From Candidatus Nomurabacteria bacterium GW2011_GWD2_36_14 (GTDB taxonomy: Bacteria > Patescibacteriota > Minisyncoccia > Phycocordibacterales > UBA9973), in the NCBI GenBank assembly GCA_000991405.1, contig LBRL01000001.1, positions 527,989 to 591,988 of the forward strand: 64,000 nt of DNA. Reading direction: 5' to 3'. Position 1 is the first letter of the stretch. Each line of letters starts with the position of its first letter. The notes below the pieces were generated by a model. The model was not told the origin of the DNA. It ran no database searches and was given only the letters and a program-made list of their open reading frames with translations. Positions 7,456-15,328 of this stretch are shown piece after piece. The translations under genes and the position numbers were made by a program.

Positions 7456-9015
7456 ATGAAACAAAAAAATATACAAATAGATGAGTCAAAAATTCCTGAT
7501 TATGTTACACGTGTAACAAACACACTCGAAAATGCTGGATTCGAGGCTTTTATTGTGGGTGGCTGTGTTCGTGATCTTATTTTGGGCAAAGAGCCGAAAG
7601 ATTGGGATATCACTACAAATGCCAAGCCCGAAGAAATAATCCCTTTATTTGAAAAGACTATATATGAAAACAAATTTGGGACAGTTGGAGTTTGTATGCC
7701 CGTTGCAGATGTTACACCCGCCGACGGATTACCTGTTGCGGACATGCATGAAACAGATAATAACATTACACATGAAACAAAGTACTATATTTTAGAGGTG
7801 ACTCCATATAGAACTGAAGCAAAATATAGCGATTTCCGTCATCCAGACGAAGTACAGTTTAGTGATAACATAGAAGATGATTTAAAAAGACGAGACTTCA
7901 CCATCAACGCTATGGCCTATAATATATCTAAAGGACATATTATTGACCTTTATAAAGGACAAGAAGATATAAAGGACAAAGTTATAAGAGCAGTAGGAAG
8001 CCCGAACGACCGCTTCCAAGAAGATGCCTTGCGCATGCTTCGAGCCATCAGATTCGGAACTACTTTAAATTTTGCCGTTTCATATGAAACAATGCAGGCT
8101 ATATCTGATAATTCCAATCTTATTAAAAACATATCAATGGAAAGAATCCGTGACGAATTCACTAAAATTATAATGTCTGACAATCCCATGACTGGAGTTG
8201 GCTTACTTCAAAAGCTTGGTTTACTAGAGTACATTATTCCTGAATTAGAAGAGGGTATAGGCTGTGAACAAAAAGGTGCACATATATATGACGTATGGGA
8301 ACACTTGCTTCACGCCCTTGAACACGCTGGGAGCAAGAATTGGCCCTTAGAAATAAGACTTTCTGCCTTGTTTCATGACATTGGAAAGCCTCGAACTAGA
8401 CGCTACGATGCTACAAAAAATGGAGGGAAGGGAAAGTATACATTCTTTGGTCATGAGGTAGTAGGATTTAAAATGACAAAAATGATAATGGAGAGATTAA
8501 AATATCCAAAAGATATAACTGAAAAAGTACTGAGTTTCACAAGATATCATATGTTCTTCTCAGACACAGATAAAATAAAACTTTCAGCGGTTAGAAGAAT
8601 AGTCCAAAATGTAGGGAGAGAAAATATTTGGGATCTTATGAAAGTTCGCGAATGTGACAGGGTAGGAATGAAAAAAGCAGAAGCTCCACATAGACTTCGT
8701 AAATATCATGCCATGATAGAGGAAGTTCTCCATGATCCTATCTCTGTAAGCCAACTAGCTATAGACGGTAAATATATGATAGAAACGTTACATGTGAAAC
8801 CAGGGCCAAGAATGGGTTGGATACTAAGTGCCTTACTTGAAGAGGTCCTAGATGATCCAACCAAGAATACAGAAGAACACCTATCAGAACTAGTAAAATC
8901 AATGGAAATACTAGGGAACAATGAGCTAAAGGCTCTTGGTGAAAGAGGCAAAGAAAAACGAGACGAACTAGAACAAGAAGAAATCAAGAAGTTACACATG
9001 AAACACGGGGTATAA
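7456..9015 (+). CDS. cca: CCA-adding tRNA nucleotidyltransferase with HD domain
   Basis: VGGCVRD..DWD, RRDFTINAMA, EDALRMLRA, HDIGKP motifs. Confidence 0.9.
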   Translation: MKQKNIQIDESKIPDYVTRVTNTLENAGFEAFIVGGCVRDLILGKEPKDWDITTNAKPEEIIPLFEKTIYENKFGTVGVCMPVADVTPADGLPVADMHETDNNITHETKYYILEVTPYRTEAKYSDFRHPDEVQFSDNIEDDLKRRDFTINAMAYNISKGHIIDLYKGQEDIKDKVIRAVGSPNDRFQEDALRMLRAIRFGTTLNFAVSYETMQAISDNSNLIKNISMERIRDEFTKIIMSDNPMTGVGLLQKLGLLEYIIPELEEGIGCEQKGAHIYDVWEHLLHALEHAGSKNWPLEIRLSALFHDIGKPRTRRYDATKNGGKGKYTFFGHEVVGFKMTKMIMERLKYPKDITEKVLSFTRYHMFFSDTDKIKLSAVRRIVQNVGRENIWDLMKVRECDRVGMKKAEAPHRLRKYHAMIEEVLHDPISVSQLAIDGKYMIETLHVKPGPRMGWILSALLEEVLDDPTKNTEEHLSELVKSMEILGNNELKALGERGKEKRDELEQEEIKKLHMKHGV

Positions 9016-9047
9016 TAAAATAGCTGATAAAATCAGCTATTTTATTA
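9013..9047. terminator. Bidirectional hairpin terminator
   Basis: TAATAAAATAGCTGAT-AAA-ATCAGCTATTTTATTA perfect stem between convergent genes. Confidence 0.7.
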
Positions 9048-9049
9048 AT

Positions 9050-9664
9050 TTAAATTTTTTGAGCAATAATAAACAATTTAGTGAAATTAATTTCATCACC
9101 CTTTGATTTTCTTTTATATTCTTTTATTATCTTAAAACCATTTTCTTTTAAAAGGTTATTTATTTCACTGGAAGATATTATGTTTAAAAATAAATTTCTC
9201 TTGTGATCAAAGGGTTCATTTATAAAAATTTCATCAGATTGACCTGATTGCAATGCTATATATAATAAACCTTTATCATTGAGAATTTTATTGAAATTCC
9301 TTAAGATTCCTGGTATTTCTTTTTTAATAATGTGAATAAGAGAATATGAAGCAATAATTCCATCAAATTTTCCATGCAATTTAATTTTTCTCATATCTCC
9401 TAAGTGAAAATCTATTAGAGGATAATTATGCTTAGCAATTTTGAGCATTTCTTTCGATAAATCTATGCCCACAGGGAAAAATCCTTTTGATTTAGCAAAC
9501 CCTGAATCTGTTCCAACCCCACAACCGACATCTAAAATTTTCCCTTTCTTCGGAAGAAGTTTCAAAAAAATTTCTATATAACTAGTGGGTTTTAAAAATG
9601 TTTTAGCATAATCTTTTGCTATTACATTGTATATATCTACTACATTTTCTTTTTTTACTAACAT
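9050..9664 (-). CDS. Class I SAM-dependent methyltransferase
   Basis: ILDVGCGVG motif I; GIDLSKEML; FDGI...SLIH. Confidence 0.9.
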   Translation of the reverse strand: MLVKKENVVDIYNVIAKDYAKTFLKPTSYIEIFLKLLPKKGKILDVGCGVGTDSGFAKSKGFFPVGIDLSKEMLKIAKHNYPLIDFHLGDMRKIKLHGKFDGIIASYSLIHIIKKEIPGILRNFNKILNDKGLLYIALQSGQSDEIFINEPFDHKRNLFLNIISSSEINNLLKENGFKIIKEYKRKSKGDEINFTKLFIIAQKI

Positions 9665-9740
9665 AACTTTATCTTACAATTATATGATAAATAATTCAAT
9701 TATAATCAAAAACTCTGCATAAAATACAGAGTTTGAAGAT

Positions 9741-10352
9741 TTAGTATATACAGCTAATAAGCTGTCCGTCAGATTTTAAATATTTTCCTTTTAATTTCAC
9801 CCTTGAAAAATCAATATATTCTCTAAGTGAATGAAAATAATTTAGAAACGGCTCAAGTTTCGTCTTATAAAGAAAGTTCTTGATTTGGTTTTTGCTCATA
9901 TTAACAGAGTAAAATCCAAATCTAACACCAGATTCGATAGCGTCTTTCGCAAAAAATGCCATTTTACTAAAATCCTCTGCAGTAGGGCCATGTGAAATGT
10001 CAAAACCTATTCTTATAAAGACGTTCACGTGAGAAAGTTTTGTTAGAAGTTCATAATAATTATCTCTACCAATAAAATATCCATTAGTTTCAATAATTAT
10101 TAGTAATTCCTTGTTAATAGCTGGAACAACAAAGCTCTCAAACCAATTATTAATTGTCGTTATTTCTCCTCCTCTCAAGACGACAATCTCACCAGCCACC
10201 AGTTCATATAGATTGTTCAAATAAATATCCAAATTTAATTTTCTTTGTACCCCGTGAAAAGGGCAATTGCCGCAATCTAAGTTACAAAAGAATGTCGTTT
10301 CAACAATAAGATCTGCAGTTTTGTAAACATCAATTTCTGCTAAGTTTTTCAT
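9741..10352 (-). CDS. Small radical SAM domain protein
   Basis: CNLDCGNC (CxxxCxxC), GGE and IETNG motifs. Confidence 0.85.
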   Translation of the reverse strand: MKNLAEIDVYKTADLIVETTFFCNLDCGNCPFHGVQRKLNLDIYLNNLYELVAGEIVVLRGGEITTINNWFESFVVPAINKELLIIIETNGYFIGRDNYYELLTKLSHVNVFIRIGFDISHGPTAEDFSKMAFFAKDAIESGVRFGFYSVNMSKNQIKNFLYKTKLEPFLNYFHSLREYIDFSRVKLKGKYLKSDGQLISCIY

Positions 10353-10439
10353 TGTTTTTTAATTTAATTGGTTAATCGGGGCTTCTAGAATCGCCCCGTG
10401 TAACCAATCAAATTATTTTTTAGGGAGCTTAATTTAAAT

Positions 10440-10568
10440 GCAGTATAGTAAATTGTAAGCATATTGTCAAGCTTTATCGTCTATTTTATGCTTAATTATA
10501 AGGATATTTTTGTATTACTATAATTTCTGTCGGTCTATATTGACAACAAAAATATGAATGTATATAAT
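10440..10568. promoter_or_regulatory. Divergent sigma70-type promoters
   Basis: Minus strand TTGACA-17-TATACT (about 10470-10442); plus strand TTGACA(10540)-17-TATAAT(10563). Confidence 0.75.
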
Positions 10569-10575
10569 GATAAAC

Positions 10576-11358
10576 ATGAAAAAAGTATTGCGACCAGAAA
10601 CAGAAAAGGCTCTACTGGAGGCTGGATTTTCTGACAAAGAAATAGCTGTTTATGTAGCCCTTTTGTCGCTAGGGAAGGGTATCGTCACTAAAATTGCTAG
10701 AACTGCATCTATAAGTAGAACAACTACTTATGATGTATTGGATAATTTATCACAAAAAGGATTAGTGAAAATTTCTGGTAAGGAACCAAAGCAGGAATAT
10801 GTGGCTGAATCACCAGAAAGATTGGAAAAGTTTCTAAGTGAAGAAATTGAAATAAAAAACAATAGTTTAAATAAAGTGAAGTACATTATTCCAGAACTTT
10901 TTTCTATTTATAACACCAAAGAAATTCCTCGTGTTCGATATTATGAGGGAATTGATGGATTGAAAAGAGCACTTGAAGATACTTTATCAAAAGGTGACAC
11001 AGAAATCCTGGCATCAGGCGGAGCTGAAGATATGTTTGAAGCTGTTGGGGAAGGATATTCTAGAGAATATTTTCGAAAAAGGGTAGAAAAAAATATTAGT
11101 ATAAGAGGGATTGCCTCTGGTGATTCAGGAACAATGAAAGTCGCTGAAAGAAATATGGAGGAATTGAGAGAAATATTGATAGTGCCCAATGATAAGTTTC
11201 ATTTTTCTGTGGAAACGAATATTTATAATGATAAAGTTTTAAATATCTCTTGGAAAGAAAAGTTTGCCGTAATGATTGAGAGTAAAGAAATCGCCGATGC
11301 TCAGAAGAAAGTATTTGAACTGGCTTGGATAGGGGCAAGGGAAATGGGGAGGAAATAA
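10576..11358 (+). CDS. TrmB family transcriptional regulator
   Basis: wHTH (GFSDKEIAVYVALL..ISRTTTYDVL) plus C-terminal effector domain; ATG 10576 lies 7 nt after the -10 box. Confidence 0.88.
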   Translation: MKKVLRPETEKALLEAGFSDKEIAVYVALLSLGKGIVTKIARTASISRTTTYDVLDNLSQKGLVKISGKEPKQEYVAESPERLEKFLSEEIEIKNNSLNKVKYIIPELFSIYNTKEIPRVRYYEGIDGLKRALEDTLSKGDTEILASGGAEDMFEAVGEGYSREYFRKRVEKNISIRGIASGDSGTMKVAERNMEELREILIVPNDKFHFSVETNIYNDKVLNISWKEKFAVMIESKEIADAQKKVFELAWIGAREMGRK

Positions 11359-11497
11359 AAAAAACAAGCAGGGCATCCGAAGATACACCTGCTGTTTCAC
11401 TAATTACTTCTCCTTTAACCAACAATTAAAAAATGATTTTTTGAGAGGCCCTCAAGCCTACTCGGTATTCAGTATTTCAATTTAATTGTACAGTAAA

Positions 11498-12295
11498 TCA
11501 AAGTATTATGTCAAGCATTATTGGGCAATGATCAGAACCCATATATTCTGTAAGGGTTTTAAAAGATTTTACATTTTTCATGAAAGACTGGTTGGTGAAG
11601 AAGTAGTCTATACGCCAGCCGACGTTTCTATCGCGAGAGCGAGTCTTCTGATCCCAGTATGTATACACATCCTTCTTGTCGGGATTCAAATTCCTGAAAA
11701 TATCTACCCAGCCATTATTTACAAGCTCATCCATCCAAGCTCTTTCTATAGGAAGGAAGCCTGTATTCTCTTCGTTGGCCTTTGGTCGAGCTAAGTCGAT
11801 AGCTTCGTGAGCAGTATTCACATCTCCACAAAAAATAACGTCGTAACTTTTCTTCTTTAATTTATTTATAAACAATAAAAATGCATCATAGAATTCAAGC
11901 TTGTATTTAAGTCTTTCTGGTCCAGTACCTGCATTGGGGAAGTAGCCTGTGATAACAACAAGCTTCTTACCTTGCCCGTCCGAAGGATTAGGGTAATACA
12001 GAACAAGTAAGCGCCCCTCATCGTCAAACTTGGGAATACCTATACCATATTCTACTTTTAATGGCTTTTCTTTTGTATACATAGCCACTCCACTGTAGCC
12101 TTTTCTACCTTTTGAATGTGAAAAATACGAATGATAGCCTTTTAAATTTCTTGTTTTTTCATCAAGCTGGTCTATTTCACATTTAGTCTCTTGAAAACAA
12201 ACAATATCTGGATTATTAAAAGCGAAAAGGGGAGTGAAATTCCCTTGTTTTACCGTTGCTCGCAGTCCATTGGTATTCCATGAAATTATTTTCAT
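11498..12295 (-). CDS. xth: Exodeoxyribonuclease III / AP endonuclease
   Basis: SWNTNGLRA, QETK, GDVN, WRIDY, SDHCP motifs. Confidence 0.96.
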   Translation of the reverse strand: MKIISWNTNGLRATVKQGNFTPLFAFNNPDIVCFQETKCEIDQLDEKTRNLKGYHSYFSHSKGRKGYSGVAMYTKEKPLKVEYGIGIPKFDDEGRLLVLYYPNPSDGQGKKLVVITGYFPNAGTGPERLKYKLEFYDAFLLFINKLKKKSYDVIFCGDVNTAHEAIDLARPKANEENTGFLPIERAWMDELVNNGWVDIFRNLNPDKKDVYTYWDQKTRSRDRNVGWRIDYFFTNQSFMKNVKSFKTLTEYMGSDHCPIMLDIIL

Positions 12296-12306
12296 AGATG
12301 TATTTT

Positions 12307-12425
12307 AACACGAAATACAAATGTTCTCGAGCGAACCCTTACGGAGGCCGACGGGCCGAGTACGAGCAAAATTTTCAGTAGAAAATTATTGTGTGGTGAG
12401 TCCGAGAATATTTGTATGGAGTGTT
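12307..12425 (+). repeat. Structured repeat, family B copy 1
   Basis: GTTCTCGAGCGAACCCT..GGCCGACGGGCCGAG..TGTGTGGTGAGTCCGAGAAT; matches reverse complement of 32571-32695. Confidence 0.88.
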
Positions 12426-12427
12426 TA

Positions 12428-13420
12428 TTAATTCGAATGAAACTTCTTGTGTACATCTCGAAGTTGCTTGTCTGTAATATGCGTATATATCTGAGTTGTG
12501 GCAATGTTGGCGTGGCCGAGCATCATTTGCACAGAGCGAATGTCGGCTCCATTGGAGAGTAAGTCCGTGGCAAACGAGTGACGAATCACGTGCGGGGTAA
12601 CTTTCTTAGATATTCCAGCTTTTATAGCATAATACTTCACGATTCTCTCTATAGAACGAGGGGTTAATCTGCCATCCTTTCCGGCGGGTGAATTACTTTT
12701 TCCACTATTCCTAGAATACTGTATAAAAAGAGGCTCATCTAAGTCCTTTCTATTCTTTAGATACTCCCGTATTGCATCCTTGGCAGAGTTTGATAAGAAG
12801 ACTACTCGCACCTTTTCACCCTTTCCTCGTATAGAGAATTCATCTTTCGATAAATCCAAGTCTCTATTGAGCGAACAAAGCTCTGAAAGACGAAGGCCTG
12901 TAGAAAAGAATAATTCTAAAATAGCCTTATCTCGCAATACTTTTAAATTCCCATAGGTCAGACCTATGGACTCTATACTTTTACTTTTTGCCCCTAGGTC
13001 CGACCTAGGGGAAGATTCGGGAGCTTTTAAAAGTCTATTCAATTCATCAGTAGAAATAAGGTCGAGCGAACGCTCTTTTATCTTGGCTAAGTCTATCCTG
13101 TCAGGAGCGAGGGAAGTGATAGACCTCTTCATAAGGTATTTAAGGAAAGACCGAAGTGCTATAAGATGATAATTCTGGGTATTTTTCTTAAGCGTTCCTG
13201 ACTGTTGCCCACGAACCTTCACTCCAGGCTGACGATTAAGGAAAAGGCGGAATTCACGAATCTTGTCATCGGTAATATCACTGGGATCACTTATTTTAGC
13301 AAATTCAAAGAATCGACTTATATAGTGATCGTAGTTATTTACAGTCTTCAGACTATTTCCTTTCTCTATTTCTACATGCTCAAGGAATTCTCTTTTTAAT
13401 TGTTCAAGTTGTGTACTCAT
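12428..13420 (-). CDS. XerC/XerD family tyrosine recombinase
   Basis: TGLRLSEL, GKGEK, HVIRHSFATDLL, LGHANIATTQIY catalytic motifs. Confidence 0.95.
   Translation of the reverse strand: MSTQLEQLKREFLEHVEIEKGNSLKTVNNYDHYISRFFEFAKISDPSDITDDKIREFRLFLNRQPGVKVRGQQSGTLKKNTQNYHLIALRSFLKYLMKRSITSLAPDRIDLAKIKERSLDLISTDELNRLLKAPESSPRSDLGAKSKSIESIGLTYGNLKVLRDKAILELFFSTGLRLSELCSLNRDLDLSKDEFSIRGKGEKVRVVFLSNSAKDAIREYLKNRKDLDEPLFIQYSRNSGKSNSPAGKDGRLTPRSIERIVKYYAIKAGISKKVTPHVIRHSFATDLLSNGADIRSVQMMLGHANIATTQIYTHITDKQLRDVHKKFHSN
12951..13011. repeat. REP-like palindrome doublet (TAGGTC-N-GACCTA), in frame inside the xer gene
   Basis: CCATAGGTCAGACCTATGG and CCCCTAGGTCCGACCTAGGGG; same doublet intergenic at 54627-54688. 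Confidence 0.85.
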
Positions 13421-13460
13421 ATTAATGTCGTAAAATAATTATACCACAAACAGCGCCTTG

Positions 13461-13595
13461 CCCCCACACCTACTTTTTTATAGCTTTTAAATTGTGCCAC
13501 CATTTTATCAAAAATAGTATATTTTTAAGTATAGTCTACATTACTTTTAAGATAAATCCACAAAAAGCACAATAATAAAAAAGTGGGTGTGGGGG
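13461..13595. mobile_element. MITE (CCCSCACAC family) copy 2, TSD CTTG
   Basis: 21-bp TIRs with 1 mismatch; CTTG on both flanks. Confidence 0.8.
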
Positions 13596-13634
13596 CTTGC
13601 ATTTCTTCACAACTTGTGCTAATATACGCACACG

Positions 13635-13895
13635 ATGTTAACAACAAAGAAAAAGCAAAATATTATAAAGAAGAATCAGCTTCATGATAAAGACACAGGA
13701 AGTCCTGAGGTTCAGATTGCCGTTTTAAGTAAAAGAATCGACGAATTGGCTGACCATCTTAAAATTCACAAGAAAGACAACCATTCTCGCCGTGGACTTA
13801 TCAAAATGGTAGCAGACCGCCGAACACACCTTAAATATCTAGAAAGAACAGACAAATCTCGTCACGAAAAAGAAGTTAAAAAAATAAAAGCTTAA
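13635..13895 (+). CDS. rpsO: 30S ribosomal protein S15
   Basis: [21 protein letters not shown] motif. Confidence 0.98.
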   Translation: MLTTKKKQNIIKKNQLHDKDTGSPEVQIAVLSKRIDELADHLKIHKKDNHSRRGLIKMVADRRTHLKYLERTDKSRHEKEVKKIKA

Positions 13896-13902
13896 CAAAA
13901 TC

Positions 13903-13930
13903 CTCTGACTTCGGTCAGAGTTTTTTGTTT
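13903..13930 (+). terminator. Intrinsic terminator of rpsO
   Basis: CTCTGAC-TTCG-GTCAGAG stem followed by a T-tract. Confidence 0.85.
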
Positions 13931-13960
13931 CAAGATAGAGTATAATAGTGAAGTAAGTAA

Positions 13961-14077
13961 GCGTAAGTAAAAATAGTCTCTGAGAAGGGGCCGGCGGAGG
14001 TCGACGGACCGAGCAATGAGCAAATTTCTAGCAAGAAATTATGCGGACCCTTCGAGGAGAGCTATTTTTACTGAAGC
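13961..14077 (+). repeat. Structured repeat, family A copy 2
   Basis: Conserved family A core with its own self-complementary outer stem. Confidence 0.9.
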
Positions 14078-14130
14078 AATATACATAGGTCGATTTTTAA
14101 TAAAATAATTTAAATAATAAAAAATAAAAC

Positions 14131-14637
14131 ATGAGTATAATAAAACATAAAGAGCAAAGGGTAGGGGTTTTTATAGACACATCGAACCTATACCACTCTG
14201 CTAAAAATTTATATAAAAGAAAAGTAAACTTTGGTGCAGTTTTGAAAGATGCAGTCGCAGGTCGCAAACTTGTGCGTGCTATCGCATACGTCATTACAAG
14301 TGAAGGCGGTGAAGAGAAGAACTTTTTCGACGCCCTAACAAAACTTGGAATAGAAACTAAAACGAAAGAATTACAAATTTTCTCTGGTGGTGCCAAGAAG
14401 GGGGACTGGGATGTAGGTATCTCTGTCGACGCCATGAAGATGGCTCCCAAGCTTGACGCTGTCGTCCTCGTCGCTGGTGATGGAGACTTCGTACCACTTG
14501 TAGAATACTTACAAAGTACATCTGGAGTCCAAGTCGAAGTAGTATCGTTTGGAAAAAGTTCTTCTATGAAGTTGAAGGACCAAGCCGACGACTTCCTAGA
14601 CCTTTCAGCAAATCCAAGAAAGTATCTAATATATTAA
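14131..14637 (+). CDS. NYN (LabA/DUF88) domain protein
   Basis: VFIDTSNL, KGDWDV, GDGDF, ADDF motifs. Confidence 0.92.
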   Translation: MSIIKHKEQRVGVFIDTSNLYHSAKNLYKRKVNFGAVLKDAVAGRKLVRAIAYVITSEGGEEKNFFDALTKLGIETKTKELQIFSGGAKKGDWDVGISVDAMKMAPKLDAVVLVAGDGDFVPLVEYLQSTSGVQVEVVSFGKSSSMKLKDQADDFLDLSANPRKYLIY

Positions 14638-14643
14638 AATGAG

Positions 14644-14677
14644 TAAAGGCCTGATAACAATTGTTATCAGGCCTTTA
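14644..14677. terminator. 34-bp perfect palindrome, likely bidirectional terminator
   Basis: TAAAGGCCTGATAACAATTGTTATCAGGCCTTTA between convergent genes. Confidence 0.7.
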
Positions 14678-14700
14678 GGTTTTGATTGATTGTGCACTTT

Positions 14701-15099
14701 TCATTTTTGGGGAAATTTAGGAAAGTAGATTAATCTAATTCCGGGATTCCATTTAAAGAACGGATTTTTTGCGATTTCTTCCGTATATTTATGCCAATCA
14801 TTTAAATTCTCATCGTCATAAAAAAAATAAGTCAGTGCTGGTAATCCATGTTGATTTAGATGATGAGCAAGATAAAATCTGTCTCTATTAAGAGACTCTA
14901 AGAATGACGAGGACATAACATGAGTAAACTCTTCGTTGCTCATTAATGCGGTTGGTACTCGCTCTTCAATTTCACCAAAGTTCATTCTTCCTTCTAGGGA
15001 ATACTCTGATGGTTGAAAAGACATTGTGGTGTTCTCGATCATGGTTACAGGAATACCCCCACCGACTGCTAACACAGAGACATTTTGATTTGTTTTCAT
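14701..15099 (-). CDS. Hypothetical protein
   Basis: 132-aa ORF filling the gap, with an upstream promoter-like sequence and a downstream hairpin. Confidence 0.65.
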   Translation of the reverse strand: MKTNQNVSVLAVGGGIPVTMIENTTMSFQPSEYSLEGRMNFGEIEERVPTALMSNEEFTHVMSSSFLESLNRDRFYLAHHLNQHGLPALTYFFYDDENLNDWHKYTEEIAKNPFFKWNPGIRLIYFPKFPQK

Positions 15100-15198
15100 G
15101 TGGTTAAATTTAAAAGTTTATTTAACTATATAATAGCAAAAACTCATTGTCAATTGGTGATATTTTTGCTAATATGAGCTCATTAATAGAATTAATTT

Positions 15199-15275
15199 GT
15201 TAGCCTCCGGACAATTAGAGTTGAAGCCATAAGTGAGTTAATTATGGATTTCAAAACTAGAGTCTGGAGACTAGC
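15199..15275 (+). promoter_or_regulatory. pnp 5' leader long hairpin
   Basis: GTTAGCCTCCGGAC..TTGAAGCCATAA/TTATGGATTTCAA..GTCTGGAGACTAGC. Confidence 0.65.
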
Positions 15276-15328
15276 TTCACCCTAAATATTAAATTTAGTA
15301 AATGATTTAATATCGGGGAAACAACATT

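Larger units (their letters stand above)
6072..9005. promoter_or_regulatory. parS: Cluster of ~9 parS-like sites
   Basis: Matches to TGTTNCACGTGAAACA starting at 6072, 6211, 6291, 7448, 7503 (perfect palindrome), 7764, 8076, 8786, 8990. Confidence 0.8.

Noticed and set aside
12428-13420. Prophage or island integrase
   Set aside because: Xer-like size and motifs in a housekeeping context; no att duplication or phage genes
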